64,000 nucleotides of DNA, from positions 5,122 through 69,121 of the forward strand of contig JAQWLN010000100.1 in the NCBI GenBank assembly GCA_029247265.1. Direction: 5' to 3'. Below are positions 19,394 through 29,158 of this stretch, in pieces. Source of the DNA: Fuerstiella sp. (GTDB lineage Bacteria; Planctomycetota; Planctomycetia; Planctomycetales; Planctomycetaceae). Made by a program: the position numbers and the translations under genes. The notes under the pieces were generated by a model. That model made no database searches, was not told the DNA's origin, and worked only from the letters and a program-made list of their open reading frames with translations. Each line of letters opens with the position of its first letter. Positions within the stretch are counted from its first letter, which is position 1.

Positions 19394-21757
19394 ATGAGCG
19401 ACGGAATCGCCGACCGATCTGCATCTGCACCCGTCTGTCGTGTCATCTTTGCAGGACCTGCCGTTTTGCGGCACCTGTGGCTGGTCATGCTGGCCGTCTG
19501 TGCCTCGATCCATGCCGACGACTGGCCTCAGTGGCGCGGTTCGAACCGGAATGCGGTGTCCCCCGAAACAGGTCTGATCCGTTCATGGTCCGACGGACCT
19601 CCTGTTGTCAACTGGCGCGCTGCAGGAATCGGCGAGGGGTATTCCAGCGTGGTTGTTGCCCACGGCCTTGTCTTCACAACGGGCCGAATCGACGGCGACG
19701 TCTATTGTTTCGCATTCGACCTGGAAACGGGCAAAAGACAATGGGCCAGCAAAGTCGGAACGACAACTCGCAACGTTATGGCAACGCCGACGGTTGGTGA
19801 CGAGTTCGTTTACGCCGTCGATCCGGACGGCGAGCTGATCTGCCTGCAGAGGTCGAATGGACAGATCGTCTGGCAGCGCAATTTCACTGAGGACTTTGGT
19901 GGCAGGTTGATGTCCGGCCGCGGCTACGGCGAGTCGCCGCTCATCGACGGAGACAGGCTGATCTGCACGCCCGGAGGTGCTGACGCAATGATCGTCGCCC
20001 TTGATCGAAGGACCGGCGACGTCATCTGGAAGTCCAGGATCCCCGACATCGGCGAGAAAGGCAGTGACGGGGCCGCATTTTCTTCCATCGTGGTTTCTCA
20101 GGCTGCAGGTGTACGGCAATACGTGCAGCTTGTCGGAAGGGGATTGATTGGTGTTGAAGCCGATACGGGCCGTTTTCTCTGGGGCTACAACGACATTTCG
20201 AATGGAACGGCCAATATTCCCACACCGGTTATCCGTGACGACCATGTATTTTCTGCCAATGGGTATCACTCCGGCGGTGTGCTGTTAAAGATTGAACCTG
20301 ATGAATCGGAAACCGGAGTCACTGCCCGCGAAGTATATCGGCTGAAGGGCAACAAATTTCAGAACCATCACGGTGGCTTCGTACTGATCGGTGACCATAT
20401 ATTCGGAGGTCACGGCAGCAACAACGGTTTGCCAACCTGCATCGAATTCAAGACCGGAAAAATCGCATGGAAACAGCGAGGCCCGGGAACCGGTTCTGCT
20501 TCGGTCGTCGCGGCTGACGGCCATCTGTACTTTCACTATCAGGACGGCGTCGTCGCACTGATCGAAGCGAATTCAGACGAGTATCAGCTGAAGGGAACAT
20601 TCGAGTTGCCCAGCGCCGGGGGCGACAGCTGGTCTCATCCGGTGATCGCTGACGGAAAACTGTTTCTTCGCGAGCAGGCAGAACTGTCAGCCTACGATTT
20701 ACGAGGCTCTGCGACCGATGTCTCGCAACCTGCATTGATGACGGCTCCACCGGAATTCGCCGATCTGGTTCAACTGGGAATGTCTGTCGAACTGATCGAC
20801 ACGAAGAACGTCGGGAAACGGCTGCGCATGTATCAATTCGCGATAGACGATCGTGACGTGCCACTTCCCGTCCTGACTTTGACGAACCGGCACATCAATG
20901 CAGACGGCGCGGTAAACGAAGTGATCATCAAGGCACTGACTCAACTGAAATCAGTGTTTGCACTGGATGTCGCGGGCACGCGCATCGCTGTTTCCGGGAT
21001 CGGCCAGGCGGCGACCCTGAGGCAACTTATCGGCATCAATCTGGAGGTGTGCCCCAAAGTCGATGACGCGGCTGTCGAACCACTCCATCAGGCAGAACGC
21101 CTGCGTGTCGTGATAGCAGCGGGAACCGACATCGGGCCAGCAGGCCTGGCACACCTGGCTCAATTGCCGAAGCTTGTCGCGATCGACCTGGAGGTGTGTG
21201 ACAACGTCTCAGACACGTCCTGCGATGTACTGGCCGGAATGGAGCAACTGCGGGCACTTGTTCTGAAGAAGACAGGGTTTGAACCCAATCGCATTTCGGC
21301 TGCAGGACTGGAAAAGCTGGCCGGCCTGCGAAACCTGAAACTGCTGGATCTTTACGGAAACTCAATCAATGACCAGACGACAAAATATCTGCAGGCCTTT
21401 GAGAACCTGCGCGATCTTGATCTGAGTCTGACGGCGATCACTGACAAAGGCCTGCAGTCCCTGACGACCCTGAAAAAACTCACGCACCTGCGTTTGCTGT
21501 ATTCTGAAGGTTTTGCCGGACCAAAGATCACAAACGCGGGCCTGTCGCCAATTTCAAAACTGGGGCAGCTCAGCCATCTGAACATTGTCGGCGCTAAAGT
21601 CAGTGATGACGGGGTTGCCGATTTGATACATCTTCGAAGGCTCAAGCACCTGACGCTGATCGGCTCAGGGATTTCCGTCGATGGCTTGATCCGACTCCGA
21701 AAATCACTGCCGGACTGTGCGGTTGTCTCTGAGCGTTCGTCGACAGAAATTCCGTAG
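19394..21757 (+). CDS. PQQ-like beta-propeller protein fused to C-terminal leucine-rich repeats
   Basis: DDWPQWRGSNRN; GEGYSS; ESPLIDGDRL; SWSHPVIADGKLFLR; then repeats such as LRNLKLLDLYGNSIND, LRDLDLSLTAITDKGL and LSHLNIVGAKVSDDGV. Confidence 0.88.
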   Translation: MSDGIADRSASAPVCRVIFAGPAVLRHLWLVMLAVCASIHADDWPQWRGSNRNAVSPETGLIRSWSDGPPVVNWRAAGIGEGYSSVVVAHGLVFTTGRIDGDVYCFAFDLETGKRQWASKVGTTTRNVMATPTVGDEFVYAVDPDGELICLQRSNGQIVWQRNFTEDFGGRLMSGRGYGESPLIDGDRLICTPGGADAMIVALDRRTGDVIWKSRIPDIGEKGSDGAAFSSIVVSQAAGVRQYVQLVGRGLIGVEADTGRFLWGYNDISNGTANIPTPVIRDDHVFSANGYHSGGVLLKIEPDESETGVTAREVYRLKGNKFQNHHGGFVLIGDHIFGGHGSNNGLPTCIEFKTGKIAWKQRGPGTGSASVVAADGHLYFHYQDGVVALIEANSDEYQLKGTFELPSAGGDSWSHPVIADGKLFLREQAELSAYDLRGSATDVSQPALMTAPPEFADLVQLGMSVELIDTKNVGKRLRMYQFAIDDRDVPLPVLTLTNRHINADGAVNEVIIKALTQLKSVFALDVAGTRIAVSGIGQAATLRQLIGINLEVCPKVDDAAVEPLHQAERLRVVIAAGTDIGPAGLAHLAQLPKLVAIDLEVCDNVSDTSCDVLAGMEQLRALVLKKTGFEPNRISAAGLEKLAGLRNLKLLDLYGNSINDQTTKYLQAFENLRDLDLSLTAITDKGLQSLTTLKKLTHLRLLYSEGFAGPKITNAGLSPISKLGQLSHLNIVGAKVSDDGVADLIHLRRLKHLTLIGSGISVDGLIRLRKSLPDCAVVSERSSTEIP

Positions 21758-21789
21758 CGCGGCTGGCTGCAGATTGATTCGGTATTCAA

Positions 21790-23367
21790 TCACCCGTTCT
21801 GTGTGCCGGGCTTCCTGCCGTGGACCGATTTCAGCTCATTCACTTTGCTGATGATGTGCTGGCCACCTTCTGTGCTGCCTGTTCCCGTAAGCGTAATCCC
21901 GGTGCCGCAGTGATAGGCCAGGTTGAAATTGTGGAAATCGCGAAACGCGACTTCCACCCGCACCGGTGGTTGCCCTTCCACGTCGACGAAAAAGACTTTC
22001 GCTTCGTCCAGATTGTCGGACATGCGAATGCGCCCCTGAACGGTGATCTGTGTTCCTTCGACTTTGATCCAGCTGGCAAACGCCCGTTCCTGGTACGGTT
22101 TGAAGTCTGATCCGTTCAGGCCCGGCAATGGTTCCTCTGAGTTGGCGAACGTGTCGACGTCGATGCCAAACTTTTCCAGCAGCGATATATGCAGGCGTCC
22201 GAGTTGCTGATTTTCTGAGTAGCGAACGTAGCGACCGGTTTTCAGCATGCCTTTGCCGCCGGCAAGGATGATTGGGATGCGCGTGACCGTATGGTTGTCG
22301 CTGTGTCCCATGCCGGAACCGTACAGCACGACGGTATTGTCCAACAGCGTGCCGTTGCCCTCGCGGCGAGACTTCAAGCGAGTGAGCAGCGAATCGAATT
22401 TTTCCATGTGCCACAGGCTGATCTTCAGCAGCGATTCCAGGTTGGTACGGCTGAAGTTGCGGAAGAAATGCGACAGATAATGATGCTGTTCAGTGACACC
22501 CAGGAAGTCGAAGATCATGCGACTGTTGCTGTTGCCCAGCATGTAAGTCACGCAGCGAGTGGAGTCGGTCCACAACGCCAGTTCGATCATATCAAGCATC
22601 GATTCGACCTGCTGGTCGAGATTTGCTGCGTTGGCGGGACGGGCAAATCTGCTGACGTCAACGCTGGGTTCTGCCTGCTGCATGTTCTGCAGACGTTTCT
22701 CTGATTCTCGTACGACACTGAGATATTCATCCAGCGTCTGCCGATCCTCGCTGCCGGCTGTGCGGGACAGAGACCGAGCGTCTTCGAGAACTCGGTCCAG
22801 GATGCTGGACATCCGCCGACGATGAGCCGGGCTGGCCAGCGGATTTCGGAAGAGTCGGTCAAAGATCAGCTGCGGATCGCTTTCCCGGGGGATCGGCGCA
22901 CCGTTTTCGTCATAGGAAATATAACTGCAGCCGATCTGATTCGGGAACAGACCTTCCGTCGTCAACTCCAGCGATCGATGTGGCGTGTCACCTTTGATGC
23001 GATCGGCGATCAACTGATCCATCGACGCCGCCTTTGTGTTGGCGTGATGTCCGGACAGAAATCGTCGCGTGGAATTCGCGTGCGACGAGAATCCGAAGTC
23101 ACCCATGTTGTCCAGAATCAGCACGTCGTTCCGGTGCTTTTGAAACGGCTGCATCAGGGGCGACATGCGAAAATCGTGTTCCGATCCACCACTGATGTTC
23201 CACGACGGCGGATGAACGCCGTTGGGCTTAAACAGCGTCAGGAACCGTTTGGGGGCAGCATCCGGCTCAGTCGCCTTCGCCGGAGATTCCATCAGATTCA
23301 AGAACGGCAGGGGCAACAGGGCTCCCGCTCCGCGAAGCATCGTTCGTCGCTGGATCCTGGTCGTCAT
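21790..23367 (-). CDS. DUF1552 (HXXSHH) protein with a ~100-aa C-terminal extension
   Basis: RRTMLRGAGALLPLPFL; FKPNGV; ESDPQLIFDRLF; QHHYLSH; LLDNTVVLYGSGM. Confidence 0.9.
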   Translation of the reverse strand: MTTRIQRRTMLRGAGALLPLPFLNLMESPAKATEPDAAPKRFLTLFKPNGVHPPSWNISGGSEHDFRMSPLMQPFQKHRNDVLILDNMGDFGFSSHANSTRRFLSGHHANTKAASMDQLIADRIKGDTPHRSLELTTEGLFPNQIGCSYISYDENGAPIPRESDPQLIFDRLFRNPLASPAHRRRMSSILDRVLEDARSLSRTAGSEDRQTLDEYLSVVRESEKRLQNMQQAEPSVDVSRFARPANAANLDQQVESMLDMIELALWTDSTRCVTYMLGNSNSRMIFDFLGVTEQHHYLSHFFRNFSRTNLESLLKISLWHMEKFDSLLTRLKSRREGNGTLLDNTVVLYGSGMGHSDNHTVTRIPIILAGGKGMLKTGRYVRYSENQQLGRLHISLLEKFGIDVDTFANSEEPLPGLNGSDFKPYQERAFASWIKVEGTQITVQGRIRMSDNLDEAKVFFVDVEGQPPVRVEVAFRDFHNFNLAYHCGTGITLTGTGSTEGGQHIISKVNELKSVHGRKPGTQNG

Positions 23368-23488
23368 GGTAGTTTCCCGAGTGGTTCGCTACAGCGTATT
23401 ACGCTGGTTTGTGGCCGCGGTGAACGTGTTTCCTGTTGTGATGGTCGCTTTCCCACGAGCCTCACGATGACGATTGTTGCCATTCTCT

Positions 23489-25441
23489 CTAGTTGTCTGC
23501 GGACAATATCGTTTCCCGAAATGCGACGCTGTTGGCGATCGCATGAATCAGATCTCGCCAGGTGCCATTGGTTTCGCTCATCTGTTTCACGATCAAATTG
23601 ACAGTGGGACGATCATGTATCTTAAGTCGGCGGCAGAGTGCGTACGACATCGTTTTTTCCACAATATTGCGAAGCACGGATTCGCGCTGGCTGGTGCTCA
23701 GGATCTGTTTTAATTCTGTGATATCAGCAAATGATTCGCCTGACGGCAAACGCCCGCTGGTATCGATCTGTGACGTTGCATCTGAAGACAGCTCATTACG
23801 TTTACGCCGTTTGGGTGCGCGATAGTTCGCGCTGCGTACGTACTGACCACCGTTATCGAAATCCTGCAATGCGAAACCCAGCGGGTCAATTCTGTCGTGG
23901 CAAACGGCACAACTGGGATTGCTGCGGTGCTGCTCGAATCTCTGGCGGAAAGTCAGGTGTTCATCGCTGTTATTCGGTGGAACCTGGCCAACGTCCGCCG
24001 GTGGTTCAGGAAGTTCCTGACCGAGAATCCGTTCCAGTATCCACGTACCGCGTTGGATGGGGCCCTTATTCATTGCCAGCACGCCGGGCATGGTAAGAAT
24101 TCCGCCTCGTTCGACGGCGTGTTCGAGTTTGATTTTCTGGTTCGGCACAATCTCAACTTCAATGCCTTTCTGCTTGACGTATTTTGTCATCTGTGCGGCG
24201 TCGCCGCGATACAGTCTGGACGTGTGGGGACTGATGAAGGCGGTTTGAGAATTAATCAGTTCAAGCAACGGCCGGTCTTCCGTGAACAGATAATGCATGA
24301 AATCAATTGGCTGCGACTTGAGCGCGACCATCTGCGGCACATTGTCAGACACGTGCTCGATTTCGTTCAGAGCCAGCCACTGAACGGCAAAATCATCTGC
24401 CAGGTTTCGGGATTTTGGCGACGCCAGCATTCGATCGATCTGTGTCGCATATACGTTCGGGTCTGCCAGCGTCTTATCTGCCGCCAATGACATCAGTTGG
24501 TCGTCGGGCATGTCGGCCCACAGAAAGTATGACAGCCGTTCTGCCAGCTCGAACGCGTCGACGGACTGTCGTTTGCCATGCTGCCCGGAAACGAGCAATC
24601 CGCGATAGATAAATGCGGGCGACATCAGCACCGTCTTCATTTCGAATTTCAGTGCAGTCAGCAGCTCGGCTCCGTTCCTTTCGCGCACCTTAGAGACGAC
24701 CTGTTCGACATCGGCTTCCGGAACGGTCCGCCGCCATGCGCGCATAAGAAACAGGCGGAGCAGGCGCTCTGCCTGTTCACTGGTCATTTCGGTAACACTT
24801 TCTGAGCCTGTGAATTTCTCAAGCTGCGTACTGCGTTCCCGCAGGAACAACTGTTCCAGCGCGGCGTCGGCCAGAAAGGAATACTGGTCCCAGATGATGG
24901 TTGTCAGCGGGTTCTGGTGAGTGTCATTCTGGAATCCGCTTCCGCCTGGCGGGTCCGTCGGCAGAAGCTTGAGCACCATTGACCGCTCTGCGATCGTCTG
25001 TTCGGCCTCGATGATCGCCACCTGCAGATCGAATCCAAAAAGCGATCGCAGCGTGTTGCGATATTCATTTGCAGACAGTCGCCGTGACTGAAAGACGGCC
25101 GGTTGAACTTCGACATTGTCAACGAAGTTCTGATACCACTCGAAAAATCGATTCCGTTCTTCGTCGTCAGGCTGCACCTGGTCCTGGGGCGGCATTGTTC
25201 CGGCCCGAAGATGTCGCACCACCGATTCCCATGTTTCGAATGCGGTGTCGATATCTTCCGTCGTGCTTATTTTCGAAAAGTCGACATCGCCGTTTGCCTC
25301 TTCCCCACCGTGACACTTAACGCAGTATTTGCTCAGCAGCGGTTTGACGTGGACATCGAAGTCGGCACCAGCCACCGCGAACGGGTAGCTGATCGCGATA
25401 CAGACCAGGAATGCGACCGAAATATCTCTGGAAGAAAACAT
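23489..25441 (-). CDS. DUF1592/DUF1588/DUF1587/DUF1595/DUF1585 protein with c-type heme motifs
   Basis: CVKCH; RRLSANEYRNTLRSL; ELAERLSYFLW..MPD; RGTWILERILG; CAVCH..IDPLGFALQDFD. Confidence 0.92.
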   Translation of the reverse strand: MFSSRDISVAFLVCIAISYPFAVAGADFDVHVKPLLSKYCVKCHGGEEANGDVDFSKISTTEDIDTAFETWESVVRHLRAGTMPPQDQVQPDDEERNRFFEWYQNFVDNVEVQPAVFQSRRLSANEYRNTLRSLFGFDLQVAIIEAEQTIAERSMVLKLLPTDPPGGSGFQNDTHQNPLTTIIWDQYSFLADAALEQLFLRERSTQLEKFTGSESVTEMTSEQAERLLRLFLMRAWRRTVPEADVEQVVSKVRERNGAELLTALKFEMKTVLMSPAFIYRGLLVSGQHGKRQSVDAFELAERLSYFLWADMPDDQLMSLAADKTLADPNVYATQIDRMLASPKSRNLADDFAVQWLALNEIEHVSDNVPQMVALKSQPIDFMHYLFTEDRPLLELINSQTAFISPHTSRLYRGDAAQMTKYVKQKGIEVEIVPNQKIKLEHAVERGGILTMPGVLAMNKGPIQRGTWILERILGQELPEPPADVGQVPPNNSDEHLTFRQRFEQHRSNPSCAVCHDRIDPLGFALQDFDNGGQYVRSANYRAPKRRKRNELSSDATSQIDTSGRLPSGESFADITELKQILSTSQRESVLRNIVEKTMSYALCRRLKIHDRPTVNLIVKQMSETNGTWRDLIHAIANSVAFRETILSADN

Positions 25442-25594
25442 ACACCTGACTTCGTTGTTGGACGTATTCGCCCAAATATAACGTCGAAGTCCATGCGTTC
25501 CGAGAGCCAGCCCGAAAACATGTGCGGACGGGCTGCTTTCCAGCACCCCGCCATGCGAACTCAGCGTGGCAGTGCCTTGCCGAATTCGTCTTTG

Positions 25595-26956
25595 TCAGTT
25601 TCTGGTTGCATCCACTTCCGGCGCGCCTGATTCCAGAGCTTCCTGCACAGCTTCCTGTGCGGACTCCATAGAGGCCAGTGCCGCGTCCTCGACATTGGCG
25701 ACGGCCAGTTCGGCTGGTTCAGACGATGGTTGCTCAACACCTTCAATGCCGACGCGAAGAATTTGCTTCAATGCATAGGCGAGAATGGCGGCTCCGACAC
25801 TGAAGACGGCTCCCATTTTGGCAGCAGCCTGCAACGATGGATCCACGAAGGCCTGGCCACATACAAACAGGGCAACGGTCAGACCAAGTCCGGCCACAGC
25901 ACTGGTGACGACCAGGTGGCCCCTGTTCATGCCAGCCGGCAGCGGGAATCCAAGCTTCTCTGCAAATACCGAAAAGCCTGTGATGCCAATGATTTTTCCA
26001 ACAAGCAGTGCTGCAACAATGATCCAGCTAAGCCCGTTGATTTCTCCGAAGGAAACGCCAGCGTTGACAAGGGCAAAGAAGAACAGGCCGAAATCCACAA
26101 ACAGCTTTAAGCTGTGTTCAAAGTTTTCCAGCGGACTGTGTACGTGTCCTTCGGAATGATCGTCGTCATCGATGTACAGTCCAAGGTCCTGTTTCGGTCC
26201 GGGAAGGAACGGAACGACAAACACCAGTGCCAGGGCAGGGTGCAGGTGAGCGCTGTAGAGGCCCCACCAACAGAGTGCTCCGCCGCCAAAAATGTAAGGC
26301 ACCCAGTTCATCACTTTGGCACGTCGAAGCCCAAAGGCCAGCCCCATGCCTGGAACACACCAGATCAGATTGGACCAGACGGTCGGGTGAGCCGGATCGG
26401 GATATCCGATCGCGATGATTCCCAGACCGATCGCGTCATCCGCCACAGCCAGCAGAAGAAGAAAACTGACAGCCGGATGCCGCGCTCCGAATAGAAATTT
26501 AATGACCAGCCAGGCCAGGGCGATATCTGTTGCTGTGGGTACCCCCCAACCGTTCCTCCATGATACATTTCCAAACACCGCGTTGAGTCCCAGGAACACT
26601 CCGATCGGCCCAACGACACCGCCAATCGTTCCAAACAGCGGATTGATGGCCTTGGATACCGGATTCAATGCTCCATTGGGCAGACAGGCTTCCGTGATCT
26701 CCTTGGCGGCGATGCCAAAGAACAACGCCATGAATATGTCATTGATCAGAAAGTGCAGTGTCAGATAGTGGTCCCAGCCGGAATGGTGCGCACCGCCGGC
26801 AGCGTGCTGGCTGAAGATTGTCGCGAGCTGATGAAGGGGCGTGTTGACCAGAGCCTGATAGCTGTCAGGCGCTACGTTGGCCCAAAACATTGCACAAATC
26901 ACCCCCACGATGAGGGGGATGCTGAATTCCGAAAGTCGTTCAATCGTCTTTTTCAT
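25595..26956 (-). CDS. nhaA: Na+/H+ antiporter NhaA
   Basis: INDIFMALFF; GWGVPTATDIA; FLLLLAVADDAIG; GKIIGI; GLGLTVALF. Confidence 0.92.
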   Translation of the reverse strand: MKKTIERLSEFSIPLIVGVICAMFWANVAPDSYQALVNTPLHQLATIFSQHAAGGAHHSGWDHYLTLHFLINDIFMALFFGIAAKEITEACLPNGALNPVSKAINPLFGTIGGVVGPIGVFLGLNAVFGNVSWRNGWGVPTATDIALAWLVIKFLFGARHPAVSFLLLLAVADDAIGLGIIAIGYPDPAHPTVWSNLIWCVPGMGLAFGLRRAKVMNWVPYIFGGGALCWWGLYSAHLHPALALVFVVPFLPGPKQDLGLYIDDDDHSEGHVHSPLENFEHSLKLFVDFGLFFFALVNAGVSFGEINGLSWIIVAALLVGKIIGITGFSVFAEKLGFPLPAGMNRGHLVVTSAVAGLGLTVALFVCGQAFVDPSLQAAAKMGAVFSVGAAILAYALKQILRVGIEGVEQPSSEPAELAVANVEDAALASMESAQEAVQEALESGAPEVDATRN

Positions 26957-27752
26957 GGGTTAACTCATGAGTTCTGAAGCGAAGGTTGCCCGGCGATATC
27001 GAAGTCTGGTCGCCGAATTTGCTTCGCATGTCGCCCAGCGCGGTCCCTGGGCAACGATCTTCGCCGTGTAGTTCGATTGTGCAGATTGTGAGCCGAGTAA
27101 TTTGTACGTTCATTGACTCGATCGGCGAAAATCGTCCTTTGCTGCAGACAGAAAGATGGTGCTCAAGGACGAGAATCCAGATCGGGTCCTTGAAGGCCTG
27201 ACGGATCCTGACGGGCTAATACCAGGTCCTTCTAATCAGGGGAATCCCGGTCTGTTACTTCATGGCCTGCATCTGGTGCCTCAATCACAGGATCCACGCG
27301 TTTTCGGCAACAATGACCGTCACCTGTCGTGGCTGCTCGAACCGAGCACAGGGAGCGATCATTGATTCTTGCTTGTGGAGTCCTGCCGGGCGGAATGGCG
27401 ATACTCTTCAGGCCGGTTTAGATACGAACTCCGGGTCTCTAATTCTCGTTTTTGACCACGGAATCGTGGCGGGCATGGCGAGAAACTCGGGTTCGAAGGC
27501 TGACTGGCCTTAATGCGCAGCGAATTGCGGGTTACGGCGTTGATTGTCCGGTTTAAAGTCGTTAAATTGCTCGACTTGGTTGCTGCTCGTGCCGATGAAA
27601 CAGAGCATTTCTCAATGTTTTGCTGGTGTTTCGGCGCCCCCTCCATCATGTTCAACGATGGAATCTGTGGTTTTGTTCTGCGCAGCCAGCCCTGAAAATT
27701 AACATTTGTATGGACATCGTCTCTTAAAGACGGTCAGCAAGGTGATTCAGCG

Positions 27753-28268
27753 ATGCCAATGCTCGCAAAAACATGGATGGCAAAGTCGGAGCAAAAGGAA
27801 GACCTGTGCGATTGGTACACTCTGGACGGTGAAGGCCAGATCGTCGGTCGAATTGCCAGCCAGATTGCAACTGTCCTGATGGGCAAGCACAAAGCAACTT
27901 ACACGCCTCACGTGGATTGCGGTGGTGCTGTGGTTGTGACCAATGTCGAAAAAATTGCATTTACGGGCAACGAAATGCAGCATCCGGACGTGCCGTATTT
28001 CTCTACAAAGATGGCTGCAAAGACGTACGACAGCTACAGCGGCTACCCCAGCGGTCGTCGTGTACGTTCGGCTGTTAATGTCTGGCAGACGGCTCCGGAT
28101 CGGATTCTTCGCGAAGCAGTTCGGCGGATGTTGCCCAAGAGCAAGCTGGGACGACAGATGCTGAAGAAGCTGAAGTTGTTTGTGGGTCCGGAACACACTC
28201 ACCAGGCCCAGCAATGCCTGCCGTTTCCGGAACACCTGCTTCCGAAAAAGAACAGAAAGGTCGACTGA
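27753..28268 (+). CDS. rplM: 50S ribosomal protein L13
   Basis: WYTLDGEGQIVGRIASQIATVLMGKHKATYTPHVDCG; AVRRMLPKSKLGRQMLKKLKLF; HQAQQ. Confidence 0.98.
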   Translation: MPMLAKTWMAKSEQKEDLCDWYTLDGEGQIVGRIASQIATVLMGKHKATYTPHVDCGGAVVVTNVEKIAFTGNEMQHPDVPYFSTKMAAKTYDSYSGYPSGRRVRSAVNVWQTAPDRILREAVRRMLPKSKLGRQMLKKLKLFVGPEHTHQAQQCLPFPEHLLPKKNRKVD

Positions 28269-28365
28269 TCACGGCCCTGCCGTGAAAGCCTGACCAGATT
28301 CGCCGTGACAAGCGGCACTATATTATATTCCCGACCATCACTTTCGTTGACAGCAAACGGTCACT

Positions 28366-28992
28366 ATGAGTACAGACGAAACGCCAAACGAAGAGGTTTC
28401 TGAAGCCGCACCTGCCCCTGAAGCTGCGGCAGAAACGCAGGAGCCTGTAGTGGAAACACCAGAGGTCGCTGCTCCGGAACCGGAAGTTCCTGAGACTGAA
28501 GTTCCATCATCGGAGTTACCGGAACTGACGATTGGTTCGGGCGCCGCTGCAGAAAACTATGTTGATCCCGACTATGTGCCTGCCATGCGAGGCAAAGTGG
28601 ATCGGTTTGGCGTGGCGATGGGAACCGGCCGTCGCAAGACGTCGGTGGCTCGAGTCCGCATCAAAGAAGGTTCCGGCAAGGTTACGATCAACGGAAAACC
28701 GCTGGGTGAGTACTTTTGCGTCGAACGCGATCGTGGAATGATCCTGGCTCCGCTTCAGCTTGTTGGAAAAGCGGAAAACGTCGACGTGATCGTGCGAGTC
28801 AACGGAGGCGGCACTACTGGTCAGACGGGGGCGATTGTACTGGGTATTGGTCGAGCCCTTCAGGGCCTCGTACCGGAATCACATCACGAGCTGTCGGCTT
28901 CCGGGTTCCTGACACGTGACAGTCGAATGGTTGAACGTAAAAAATACGGTCTTCGCAAAGCTCGCCGAAGCTTCCAGTTCTCAAAACGATAA
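28366..28992 (+). CDS. rpsI: 30S ribosomal protein S9 with an acidic N-terminal extension
   Basis: GTGRRKTSVARV; GGGTTGQTGAI; GFLTRDSRMVERKKYGLRKARRSFQFSKR. Confidence 0.98.
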   Translation: MSTDETPNEEVSEAAPAPEAAAETQEPVVETPEVAAPEPEVPETEVPSSELPELTIGSGAAAENYVDPDYVPAMRGKVDRFGVAMGTGRRKTSVARVRIKEGSGKVTINGKPLGEYFCVERDRGMILAPLQLVGKAENVDVIVRVNGGGTTGQTGAIVLGIGRALQGLVPESHHELSASGFLTRDSRMVERKKYGLRKARRSFQFSKR

Positions 28993-29034
28993 GTCGCTAT
29001 CAGACCTCAAATCTGAAAATTGGATCCAAATTCG

Positions 29035-29071
29035 ATCCCTGCCAGGACATTCTATGGCAGGGATTTTTTTT
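29035..29071 (+). terminator. Rho-independent terminator of rplM-rpsI
   Basis: ATCCCTGCCA-GGACATTCTA-TGGCAGGGAT followed by a T-run. Confidence 0.85.
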
Positions 29072-29158
29072 CACCCGGACGATTGCGCCAGATCGCACTA
29101 TCGACGCTGTAACAGGTCGCCTGGGGTGTGAGTTGCCAAACTTCTGGAGAAGAAAGCC

